From positions 1,088,001-1,152,000 of the forward strand of contig OY764159.1 of assembly GCA_963668175.1 (NCBI GenBank): DNA of 64,000 nucleotides, given 5' to 3'. A model generated the notes under the pieces. The model ran no database searches. It was not told the DNA's origin and was given only the letters and a program-made list of their open reading frames with translations. Position 1 is the first letter of the stretch, and the number at the start of each line of letters is the position of its first letter. Made by a program: the position numbers and the translations under genes. This document shows positions 30,256 to 39,253 of this stretch, piece by piece. This DNA comes from Syntrophales bacterium (lineage in GTDB: Bacteria > Desulfobacterota > Syntrophia > Syntrophales > PHBD01).

Positions 30256-32784
30256 ATGAAGAGGCTTATACCTTTGTTATTCATCGCCGTATTTTTATTG
30301 ACGGGGTGTGCTACGACCGGCGGAGGCGGGAAAGTGGAAATCATGCTGGCGGCTCTGTTGCAGGAAGAAATAGAACAGGATGAAGGAGGCGGGCTCGGCG
30401 GACCGATGGGACCGAGGACAGCCCATATGCCGCTGACCGCCCTGGTCGACAGCGTCGCCTTTTCGCCAGACGGACGCTATGCGGCGTCCGGACTCAACGA
30501 CAACACCATTATGATCTGGGACATTTCGCTGGCAAGGAATGTTGCCATTCTTAAGGGCCATAAGGCCTCGGTTATGGCCGTCGCCTTTTCCAAAGACTCG
30601 GACAGGCTCGTTTCGGGAGGAGCAGACGGCAGGATCGTCCTCTGGGATATCCTTACGGGCGAGGAATTAAAGAGCCATATGACCTATTCGAAGGGTATCA
30701 ACTGTGTGGCCTTCTCTGCCGATGGACGGTTTCTCCTCGCCGGAACGGACAATCAGGAAGTCGTCGTCTGGGATATCACGTCGGGCGGTAATGTCCGTAA
30801 ATTCAAAACCGGGGAGCAGGCCGGCGATTCGAGGATCGTCATCCCCTACGCCTTTTCGAATGACGGGCGCTACGCCCTGTCGGTCAACAGCGACAATACC
30901 CTGATCCTTTGGGATGTCAAATCGGGCAAGGAAACGAAGCGTTTTTCCGGCTCCCTGGGGAATGTCGCATCCCTGGCCTTTTCCCTCGACGGGAAACGAG
31001 CGTTGGCCGGGAACAATGGCGGCGATGTCAAACTTCTCGATACCGCCTCCGGGACCGTATTGAAGACCCTCAAAGGACACGACAGCCAGGTTCGCAGCGT
31101 TGCTTTCTCGAAAGACGGCCTCTATGCCGTTTCGGGAAGCCGCGATAGAACGGCGAAAGTCTGGGACCTTGCCGCCGGCAAGGACATCATGACCATGACC
31201 GGCCATACGAATGCCGTCAAGAGCGTCGCCATGTCGCCCAACCAAATCCTCGTGGTAACCGCAGGTACCGACGGCACGACACGGTTCTGGAATGTCAAAA
31301 CGGGTGAGGAGATCGTGACGGCGGCCAAGACCGTGAAGTATCTGCCGGCCATGTATGTCAAATCCCGCGTCGGTGCCAGACAGGACGAGTTTAAAAACCT
31401 GGTCGATGCCTGGGTGATATTGACCCCGGACGGATATTATAACGGGTCCTCCAATGCCTTGGGTAATTTGAACGTCCTGAAGGGACTTTCCATTTACACG
31501 ATCGAACAGTTCTACGACGTCTTCTATCGCCCGGATATCATCATTGCCAGGCTGCGGGGCGAAGATACGAAAGACTGGGTCACGCTGACCATCGACGACG
31601 CCCTTAAGAATCCTCCTCCCGATGTGGATCTCTCCTCCGTCCCGAGCCGTACCGACGAAGAGTTCATCAAGGTGGACTATTCGGTGGAAAGCAACGGCGG
31701 CGGGATCGGCGAAGTGAGGCTTTTTCACAACGGGAAACTCGTCAAATCGGACGGCTACTATCGCGAGATCAAAAGACCCACGCAGGATAAGGTTACGCTG
31801 ACGGCCTACAGCGGAAAAGCGATCAGGGAGGATTTACGCGGGGTCGCCATCGTGGCGAAAAAGGAAGGCAAGGTCAGCATGATCGAGTCCGCTCCCAAGG
31901 GCAACGCCTTCAAGGGCAGCGTGACGATCGAGGCCATCCCGGGTGAGAATGAGATCGCCTTGGCCGCCTTCAACAAGGACAACACCATACAGAGCATGTT
32001 GAAAACGGTCAAATTCCAGTCGAGCCGCAAACCGCAACCCGCGCAGCTCTATTTGCTGGCCGTTGGGATTGACGAGTATAAGGCCAGCGGCAACAACCTG
32101 AAATACGCCGTCAAGGATGCTTCCTCTTTTGCCAAGAAATTCAAGGAAGAGTCGTTGACCCAGTATCAGGCGGACCGTATTCACGTGAGCGTCCTCAAGA
32201 ACAGGGAGGCCACCAAGGCCAATATCATGGGGAAACTTTCGGAATTCGCCAAGACCGTCAAACCCAACGATGTTTTCGTCATGTTCACGGCCAGCCACGG
32301 CATTCTCTATTCAGGGCTCTATTCCATCGTGACCCATGATTACGACGGTAACCTCCGTAGCGAGAATGTCGTCAATTCCAATGAAATCATGGAGGCCTCC
32401 AAGAATCTGAAGGCCCTGACGCAGATATTCATTCTCGATACGTGCTATGCGGGCGGATTGGATAGCTTTGTAAGCGGACTCTACGACGCCCGTATGTCGG
32501 TTATGGCCAGGAACATGGGGCTGCACATGTTCGCCTCCGCCAGTTCTACCCAGGAAGCCCTGGACGGCTACAAGGGTAAGAACGGGATGTTCACCTATGC
32601 GCTCCTCGAAGGGTTGAACAACAACGCTCAAGCGGACCGCAACAAGGACAAGAAAATAAGCGTCTTCGAACTGGGGACGTATGCCAGGGAGCAGACCGTC
32701 AGGCATTCCCATGAGGCCGGCCACACGCAGACGCCCGTGATCAATAATTTCGGGAAAGACATTCCCCTATACATTCTCCACTGA
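30256..32784 (+). CDS. Lipoprotein with WD40 beta-propeller and C-terminal peptidase C14 (caspase-like) domain
   Basis: Lipobox LTGC, about seven GH...WD repeats, LAVGIDEY...LKYAVKDA, ASHG and DTCY dyad. Confidence 0.9.
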   Translation: MKRLIPLLFIAVFLLTGCATTGGGGKVEIMLAALLQEEIEQDEGGGLGGPMGPRTAHMPLTALVDSVAFSPDGRYAASGLNDNTIMIWDISLARNVAILKGHKASVMAVAFSKDSDRLVSGGADGRIVLWDILTGEELKSHMTYSKGINCVAFSADGRFLLAGTDNQEVVVWDITSGGNVRKFKTGEQAGDSRIVIPYAFSNDGRYALSVNSDNTLILWDVKSGKETKRFSGSLGNVASLAFSLDGKRALAGNNGGDVKLLDTASGTVLKTLKGHDSQVRSVAFSKDGLYAVSGSRDRTAKVWDLAAGKDIMTMTGHTNAVKSVAMSPNQILVVTAGTDGTTRFWNVKTGEEIVTAAKTVKYLPAMYVKSRVGARQDEFKNLVDAWVILTPDGYYNGSSNALGNLNVLKGLSIYTIEQFYDVFYRPDIIIARLRGEDTKDWVTLTIDDALKNPPPDVDLSSVPSRTDEEFIKVDYSVESNGGGIGEVRLFHNGKLVKSDGYYREIKRPTQDKVTLTAYSGKAIREDLRGVAIVAKKEGKVSMIESAPKGNAFKGSVTIEAIPGENEIALAAFNKDNTIQSMLKTVKFQSSRKPQPAQLYLLAVGIDEYKASGNNLKYAVKDASSFAKKFKEESLTQYQADRIHVSVLKNREATKANIMGKLSEFAKTVKPNDVFVMFTASHGILYSGLYSIVTHDYDGNLRSENVVNSNEIMEASKNLKALTQIFILDTCYAGGLDSFVSGLYDARMSVMARNMGLHMFASASSTQEALDGYKGKNGMFTYALLEGLNNNAQADRNKDKKISVFELGTYAREQTVRHSHEAGHTQTPVINNFGKDIPLYILH

Positions 32785-32791
32785 TAGACCG

Positions 32792-32828
32792 GACGGCCGG
32801 ACAAGGGATCGAAACCTGTCCGGCCGTC
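32792..32828 (+). terminator. Strong hairpin after the caspase gene
   Basis: GACGGCCGGACA / TGTCCGGCCGTC 12-bp perfect stem, no U-tail. Confidence 0.45.
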
Positions 32829-32902
32829 ATGCCCATTCAGACAGAGACAATCCTTCGGGAGTGTGAGCATGCCGTCAGGAGATTGGCCGTTCCAAACTCC
32901 CA

Positions 32903-32931
32903 TTGACATCCCCATTCTTTTTCTCTAATTT
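32903..32931 (+). promoter_or_regulatory. Sigma-70-type promoter
   Basis: TTGACA-17bp-TAATTT upstream of the QueG-like gene. Confidence 0.6.
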
Positions 32932-33000
32932 CAATGAAGTATTGCATGCCGGGACTTGTCCCCGTGCAGGGGATGCGTCAGTCCATATTCTGGAGGCTTA

Positions 33001-33840
33001 TTGCAGGGCCTGGAACTGAAAGAACACATCAACCAATATTGTAAGGACATGGGAGCGGACCTGGTGGGTTTTGCCCCGGTGGAGCGTTGGGACGAATATG
33101 CGGAAGTGCCCGACGATTTCCGGCCCCGTTCCCTGTGGGCGCCTGCAAAGACCGTCATCGTCCTCGGCATCGAGATGCCTCTCCCGGTGGTGGAAACCAC
33201 GCCTTCCGTCCTGCACATGGAACTCTATCGGACCGTGAATCGGGAGCTGGACAGGCTGGCCGTCAACCTCACCCGTCATTTGAATCGCCTGGGGCACGCG
33301 TCGTTCTTTTTCACCCGGGACGGCTTTTCCAGCCTGAAGGCACTGAAAGAGAAGAATCTGGCCGCCTTCAGCCATGTCATGGCCGCCAAGTATGCCGGAC
33401 TCGGGACGATCGGCGTAAGCCACTGCCTGCTCACGCCCGAATTCGGGCCGAGGGTCAGGTTTGTCTCTGTTTTTACGGAAGCGGTGATGCCGCCCGATGC
33501 CGTACACGAAGGAGAGCTCTGCATCAAGTGCGGGCTTTGCGCCCTCTGCTGCCCCAAAGAGTGTATCGCCATGCTCGAAGACCGGGTCATCGGCGATTAC
33601 GATAAGGATAAATGCCTTGCCATGTCGGAAGAACTGACGGCCGCGAGACGCTACCCGTGCGGCACGTGCATTAAAGTCTGCCCCGTGGGCAAGGACAGGC
33701 TTCTCTACAAACAAAAAGGGATCAGGAAGAGATATCTGAAGGAAAAGGAGATGCTTGGCCGGGAAGGGGGGCATCCCGATTACCGGTCGTGGGAACATAT
33801 TCGTAAATACGGCGTGACGGAAAACAAAACAAAGAAGTGA
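33001..33840 (+). CDS. Epoxyqueuosine-reductase/reductive-dehalogenase-like 2x[4Fe-4S] protein
   Basis: GADLVGFA, SHxxAAxxAGLGxIG, PEFGPRVR, CIKCGLCxxxCP, C...CGTCIKVCP; GGAGG before TTG 33001. Confidence 0.85.
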   Translation: MQGLELKEHINQYCKDMGADLVGFAPVERWDEYAEVPDDFRPRSLWAPAKTVIVLGIEMPLPVVETTPSVLHMELYRTVNRELDRLAVNLTRHLNRLGHASFFFTRDGFSSLKALKEKNLAAFSHVMAAKYAGLGTIGVSHCLLTPEFGPRVRFVSVFTEAVMPPDAVHEGELCIKCGLCALCCPKECIAMLEDRVIGDYDKDKCLAMSEELTAARRYPCGTCIKVCPVGKDRLLYKQKGIRKRYLKEKEMLGREGGHPDYRSWEHIRKYGVTENKTKK

Positions 33841-33874
33841 ATCGAGGCATAAACGGGTGGGAGGGCATACGGTT

Positions 33875-34639
33875 ATGGACTTCAATCTTTTTTATGAATA
33901 TTTCGAGGCTCTATGCGCCAACGAAGGCGACATGGCCAAAATCATACCGGAGGGCCGTCGGCTGCTTCAGGAACTCCTGAACAACCAGGCGTGGTATCCG
34001 GAATTCCTGGAGAAGGTCATCTTCGACCCCGAATTCCGCAAGCTTCAGAAACCGTCTCCATGGCCGAATGAAATGACCCTGAAACGCAGCGACAGCGGCG
34101 CGTTTGTCGTCTTCTCCTACACGTGGGAGCCGCATCAGACCGATGTCGTTCACGATCACGGCTCCTGGGGCATTATCGGGATACTCAAGGGCAGGTTATT
34201 CGAGAAGACCTATCGCCGGCTTGACGACGGGTCGCAGGCGGGGTACGCGGAACTTGCGGAAAAGTCCTATGCGATCCTGGCCCCGAAAGAGACAACGGCC
34301 GTCCTGCCGTTGGATGAAGGCATTCATCAGATGGGAAACATTTCAGATTTTTCGATATCCATCAACATTTACGGAAGAAACGTCCGCAAGGGATACAGCC
34401 GGTTTTTCGATCCGGAAAAGAAAACGGTCTGGCGGGCGTATATCCCCTCTCTGCAGAAGGCGGTGCTGGCCATCAGGAGTCTCGGGTATCAGGATGAGGA
34501 CTGGTCTCGGGACATCCTCCGGCAGGCGACGATACGTCCGCTACCGGAACCTCTGAAGCAGGAAGCCTTCCTTGCGCTCTCCAGAATGAATGATCACCCA
34601 TACGGCGTTTCCGACAGCCGACTCCCGGCCGTTTCGTAG
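33875..34639 (+). CDS. Cysteine/thiol-dioxygenase-like cupin with C-terminal helical extension
   Basis: WEPxQ...HDHGSWG, GIH, SINIYG. Confidence 0.75.
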   Translation: MDFNLFYEYFEALCANEGDMAKIIPEGRRLLQELLNNQAWYPEFLEKVIFDPEFRKLQKPSPWPNEMTLKRSDSGAFVVFSYTWEPHQTDVVHDHGSWGIIGILKGRLFEKTYRRLDDGSQAGYAELAEKSYAILAPKETTAVLPLDEGIHQMGNISDFSISINIYGRNVRKGYSRFFDPEKKTVWRAYIPSLQKAVLAIRSLGYQDEDWSRDILRQATIRPLPEPLKQEAFLALSRMNDHPYGVSDSRLPAVS

Positions 34640-34732
34640 GCGCCGGCGGCTCCCCGGCCGGGATCTGAGCCAATGCGCGCCTTCCGGGATTATTTCGTTG
34701 CAAAAACGGCGGCCATGGGCTACTTTCCCGCC

Positions 34733-36370
34733 ATGAGACGTATCCCCGATATCCTGTTTATGATAGCCCTCTGCTTTGCCCTCGTTGCATGCAGCGATGG
34801 CCGGGATGATCGTAGCGCCTCCGCCAAACAATCCCAGGGGGTGCCCGCCTACGGCGATATCATCGTGGAGGGGTCCATCGGCGATGCCAGCAATCTGATT
34901 CCCATCCTCTCCTCGGATGCCACATCCCACGAAATATCCGGATTGATCTTCAACGGCCTCGTCAAATACGACAAGGATATGAACGTCGTGGGCGACCTGG
35001 CGGAGTCGTGGGAGATTTCCAAGGACGGCTTGGTCATAACCTTTCATTTACGCAAAGGCGTCCGCTGGCATGACGGGCAGCCCTTTACCGCGGATGACGT
35101 CCTCTACACCTATCAGGTCACCATCGATCCCAAGACGCCGACCGCCTATTCGGGCGATTTTCTGAAGGTCAAGAAAGCGGAAGTCCTCGATGCCGACACT
35201 TTTCGAGTAACCTACGACAAGCCCTTTGCACCGGCCCTGATGAGCTGGGGGAGCGCCATCCTGCCCAGGCACCTCCTGGCCGGTCAGGACATTACCAAGA
35301 GCCCCCTGGCCCGTCACCCCATAGGCACCGGACCGTATATGTTCAAGGAATGGAAAACCGGCCAGAAGATCGTCCTCGTCTCCAATCCCGACTATTTTGA
35401 AGGCAGGCCTTACATAGACGGTTTCATCATGAGGGTTATACCCGATATGGCGACGATGTTTCTCGAACTTCGCGCCTCGGGTATCGACCGCATGAATCTG
35501 ACGCCGCTTCAATACACCAGGCAGACGGAGAACAATCTCTTTAGGAAAAACTATAATAAATATAAATATTTATCATTCTCCTACGTGTATATGGGCTATA
35601 ATCTCCTCAATCCTCTGTTTGTGGACAAGAGGGTGAGGCAGGCCATTGCCCATGCCGTCAACAAGGAAGAGATCATTCAGGGTGTCCTTTTGGGATTGGG
35701 CAAGGAGGCCACAGGACCGTACAAACCCGGAAGCTGGGCCTATAACGGCAACGTCAGAACCTACGCCTACGATCCCAAGCGGGCCCGGGAACTGCTGGCG
35801 GAGGCCGGCTGGAAGGACACCGACGGCGACGGGATTATCGACAGGGACGGAAAACCCTTTGTCTTTGAGATCATTACCAACCAGGGCAACGAAGTCCGGG
35901 CGAAAACGGCCGAGATCATCCAGCAGCGGCTCGCCGAAGTCGGCATCAAGGTGAAAATCCGAACCCTGGAGTGGGCGGCCTTTGTCAAGGATTTCATCAA
36001 CAAGCGCCGTTTCGACGCGACCGTTCTCGGGTGGACGATTCCCCTCGATCCCGACAATTTCGACGTGTGGCACTCGAGTAAAACCGGGCCCGAAGAGCTT
36101 AATTTCACATCGTTTAAGAACAGCGAGGTGGACGATCTCCTGGAAAAAGGGAGAAGCACCTTCGATCAGAAGGTGAGAAAACGATGTTACGACCGTATAC
36201 AGGAGATTCTGGCGGAAGAGCAGCCCTATCTGTTCCTGTACGTGCCCGACGCCCTGCCGATCATTCAGGCCCGCTTCCGCGGTATCGAGCCGGCGCCTCT
36301 GGGCATCGGCTACAATTTTATCAAATGGTACGTGCCGAAGGAGGAACAACGCCTCGTGATGACCCGCTGA
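34733..36370 (+). CDS. Peptide ABC transporter substrate-binding lipoprotein (AppA/OppA family 5)
   Basis: Lipobox LVAC, LAESW, WHDGxPFTADDV, PIGTGPY, VRQAI. Confidence 0.93.
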   Translation: MRRIPDILFMIALCFALVACSDGRDDRSASAKQSQGVPAYGDIIVEGSIGDASNLIPILSSDATSHEISGLIFNGLVKYDKDMNVVGDLAESWEISKDGLVITFHLRKGVRWHDGQPFTADDVLYTYQVTIDPKTPTAYSGDFLKVKKAEVLDADTFRVTYDKPFAPALMSWGSAILPRHLLAGQDITKSPLARHPIGTGPYMFKEWKTGQKIVLVSNPDYFEGRPYIDGFIMRVIPDMATMFLELRASGIDRMNLTPLQYTRQTENNLFRKNYNKYKYLSFSYVYMGYNLLNPLFVDKRVRQAIAHAVNKEEIIQGVLLGLGKEATGPYKPGSWAYNGNVRTYAYDPKRARELLAEAGWKDTDGDGIIDRDGKPFVFEIITNQGNEVRAKTAEIIQQRLAEVGIKVKIRTLEWAAFVKDFINKRRFDATVLGWTIPLDPDNFDVWHSSKTGPEELNFTSFKNSEVDDLLEKGRSTFDQKVRKRCYDRIQEILAEEQPYLFLYVPDALPIIQARFRGIEPAPLGIGYNFIKWYVPKEEQRLVMTR

Positions 36371-36452
36371 GGTTCTCCCGGCGGAAGGATACGGTTTAAA
36401 AAGGCCGCTCTGGGGCAGCAGGATAAATGCGTGATAGATGAGGGACAGCAAC

Positions 36453-36976
36453 ATGGCCGAGATAAAAAGCACTATCGATCTGATCATGGAAAGAACCAGA
36501 AACCTGACCATGACGGAAGAAGAGAAAGAGGAACTCCGCAATAAGGAATTGACGGAGAAAGCAAAAGGGTGGGTCGTCCGATATCTGGACGAGTCCTAGA
36601 TCTTGACGCACTGCAAGAGGAGATAAAGCAGGAAGACGAAGATGCGGAGACGGTGAAAAAGATGCTGAGGACGGCGATATTGGAAATGCTCGATCCGGAG
36701 CAGGACCAGGAGCGGATGTTCCGGCTGCTGTCGGACGTCCTGCATGTCGAGGAGCCGGCCCTCGCAGGCGCCCTGGCCGATTATCGGACGCGGAAGAACC
36801 AGCTCCTTGAAGAAGCGGCGGCGAAGTTCCAGGCCGAGCTGAAAGAATCGGGAATCGGCGGTTCGGCCCTCACCGTCAATCCGAACAAAGTCCGAGGGGA
36901 TCAAACGGCCGGCGCCGCGTTGAAGAGCGCATACCGGCAGCAGATAACCCGGGTGACGAACAGATCGAGAACCTGA
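36453..36976 (+). pseudogene. Frameshifted conserved hypothetical gene (or sequencing indel)
   Basis: ATG 36453 reads MAEIKSTIDLIMERT...YLDES to a stop at 36597-36599; coding continues in another frame (VLDLDALQEE...) to 36976. Confidence 0.7.
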
Positions 36977-37132
36977 ACGCCTCAACCCCGAATCGTTTTT
37001 GCTTCCGGGAAATATATTCCGCCTGATCCGGCGGCCTCGTCATGTCTCCGGGGTCGATCATGCGGTTAGGGCCATGGATTCCTGAAGGTCCATTTCCCGA
37101 TTAATCATTCGTTCCAGGAGGCCGTACGACCA

Positions 37133-38224
37133 TCAGTGGTTTTCCGGCAGCAGAGCCTGAAGGACTTCTTTTGCCTTGAGGATGCGGAGGAGACGCTCTG
37201 TAATGATGGGTATCTTCTCGCGGTATTCATCGAGGTCGCGGCAAGGGGACGAGCCTCCCGCCGTCTGGCCGTGCCCCCCCCCGCGGCCGAGGCCCTTGAG
37301 TATCCTGTTGACGACCTTTTCTGCACTGGCTTTAATTCCCGTCGTCCTGATCGAGAGAAACATGGCGTGGTTTTGTTCATGGTAGCCCGTTACCAGGCAC
37401 CAGGCGATGCCTTCCATGGCCTTCAGGAAGTCCGCTATTTCGGCGACTACCTCGGGGATATAGACAGGGCCGACGTGACAAATGCAAATGTTCTTGCTGA
37501 TCTTTACCTGGCTCATGGCCCGGGCAATCGTTCGATAATAGCCGCGTTCTCGCTTGGGATGGCGGATGCGGGCAAGCATCCGGAGATCAATAAACGGATA
37601 GACCGTTATCATGACGTCCCTCTCCGCCGGTGTCGATTCGCGGAAGAGATCCTGGGTTTCGGATACGACGGCATAGGCCACGGCCGTCGCCAAACGGGGT
37701 TCAAGTTCGATGCCGCATGCCCGGAAGTATTTCAGGGCAAGGGTGGTGCAGGTCCCCACCTGGGGAGAAACGGCCAGAAAATCGGCTTTCACTTTCCGCC
37801 GCAGGGGGTGGTGGTCGATGATGATATGGGGTCTGAATTGATCCGCCGGAAAGGAATTGTTGCCGGTGCCGGGCTGGGAATCGACGATCGCCAGGATATC
37901 GGTCTTTCGTATCTCCTCTTCTGCATTGTCGAGGCGATAGAGTGGAATTTTCAGCAGCTTAACCATGCTGCGGTTTTCCGCCCTGCTTAAGCGCCCGCCG
38001 TAAACCATGCGCGTCTGAACCCCGCAGAAGGCGCCGATGTGCGCAAGGAGCCAGCCGGCAGCTATGGCGTCAGGGTCGGGATTGTCGTGCAGGAAGATAA
38101 GGAGTCTCTTGCCCTGCCCGATAACCCGCTGGAGTTCGTTGCATCCGTCCAGGCATTCCTTCTTCTGAGACAGCGTCTTGTGATTCTGACCGCCCAAGGC
38201 CGACCTTTCTGATCGTTCTTTCAT
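37133..38224 (-). CDS. DHH-family phosphoesterase
   Basis: HDNPDPDA, VDSQ, IDHH, GGGH. Confidence 0.9.
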   Translation of the reverse strand: MKERSERSALGGQNHKTLSQKKECLDGCNELQRVIGQGKRLLIFLHDNPDPDAIAAGWLLAHIGAFCGVQTRMVYGGRLSRAENRSMVKLLKIPLYRLDNAEEEIRKTDILAIVDSQPGTGNNSFPADQFRPHIIIDHHPLRRKVKADFLAVSPQVGTCTTLALKYFRACGIELEPRLATAVAYAVVSETQDLFRESTPAERDVMITVYPFIDLRMLARIRHPKRERGYYRTIARAMSQVKISKNICICHVGPVYIPEVVAEIADFLKAMEGIAWCLVTGYHEQNHAMFLSIRTTGIKASAEKVVNRILKGLGRGGGHGQTAGGSSPCRDLDEYREKIPIITERLLRILKAKEVLQALLPENH

Positions 38225-38578
38225 GGATTACAAATTTAACACAGAAATACGGAAAATGAAATGTAACCTTGAGGAAAGACTCTAGCCTGCGCTGACGGAC
38301 ATGTCCGGAATTCCTTCTCATCGCGCCGCCTCCCGATGTCGCGCATATCTTTCACCTGATCTGAAAACGCATGCATAATACAATATATGACGGTAGTGAG
38401 GCCAGCGGCGAATGTCATCTCGTCAATGATATTCATTTCGCCTATAGATAGATGAATATCAAATAAATACATGTTATTGTCGCCTTTTGGGTGTGACAAT
38501 GAGCCGAAAACACGATTGTGGGAAAATGATGAGCCAATAGTTTGAAAAATTGGCCTAAATCGAGAATTAATGGAAGTG

Positions 38579-38739
38579 TGTCCTTTTTTTAGGACAGTGT
38601 GCTTTTTTTCGGACAAAAAGAGGGGTCCCCACGCGTCTTTTCAGCATGGCAACAAGGAGGTATAATTTTGTAATGCATTGATTATGAAAGAAGAAAAATA
38701 TTTGTCTTGCTTTTGTAAGATCTGGCACGGTTCTTCGAT
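38579..38739 (+). promoter_or_regulatory. Putative sigma-54 promoter: tandem upstream activator sites, IHF site, -24/-12 element
   Basis: TGTCC-N8-GGACA at 38579 and TGTGC-N8-GGACA at 38598; AATCAA-N4-TTA (minus strand) at 38671-38683; TGGCACG-N4-TTCG at 38723. Confidence 0.55.
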
Positions 38740-38818
38740 AGTGAAATGTAAAGGAATGAACCGGATATCGGTTCTGAGTAATAAGAGGGGACAAAATAAG
38801 AAACAGGAGCAGAGAGAG

Positions 38819-39040
38819 ATGACACCGTCGCGAGAAGTACCCTTTGTTGGTGCCAGGATATCATTTTACAACGAACTTCCCACACAGGAACAGCAACATT
38901 TCATGTCGCTGACTTGGCTTGACCACCCGGTTCGGATCGCACCCGAAATAAGGATTGCCAAGCCGGAGCAAAAGACCGCGGATATTTGGTCGTTATGGCA
39001 GGAACTTTGTAAGTTCTACTGGGGTGCCTGGTATCGTTAA
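38819..39040 (+). CDS. Small hypothetical protein (73 aa, Trp-rich C-terminus)
   Basis: AGGAG upstream, in-frame ATG 38819, downstream of the putative sigma-54 promoter. Confidence 0.5.
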   Translation: MTPSREVPFVGARISFYNELPTQEQQHFMSLTWLDHPVRIAPEIRIAKPEQKTADIWSLWQELCKFYWGAWYR

Positions 39041-39191
39041 GTAAGCATACGGCAAGGAGCCTGGGAACTTTCTTCCGCTTCAAGGGCATGCTATTCCCTT
39101 TTGGTTCCCCGGAACTTTTGAAATAGCGTATTTCAACGTCCGCGACGAAAATCTTTCCCGGTTATCCTACCGGTTAAAATTCTATGAAATA

Positions 39192-39228
39192 AGAAGAGCC
39201 CTGATGCATGCTGCGCCAGGGCTCTTCT
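39192..39228 (-). terminator. Terminator-like hairpin after the PPIase gene
   Basis: AGAAGAGCCCTG / CAGGGCTCTTCT perfect stem. Confidence 0.6.
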
Positions 39229-39253
39229 GTCATATCTATCTTCCGTCGCCGAA

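Noticed and set aside
36597..36599. TAG as possible pyrrolysine readthrough
   Set aside because: The coding continuation is in a different frame, so an indel explains it.
38236..38616. 126-aa minus-strand ORF in the AT-rich gap
   Set aside because: Atypical composition, no RBS, and it overlaps the regulatory motifs.
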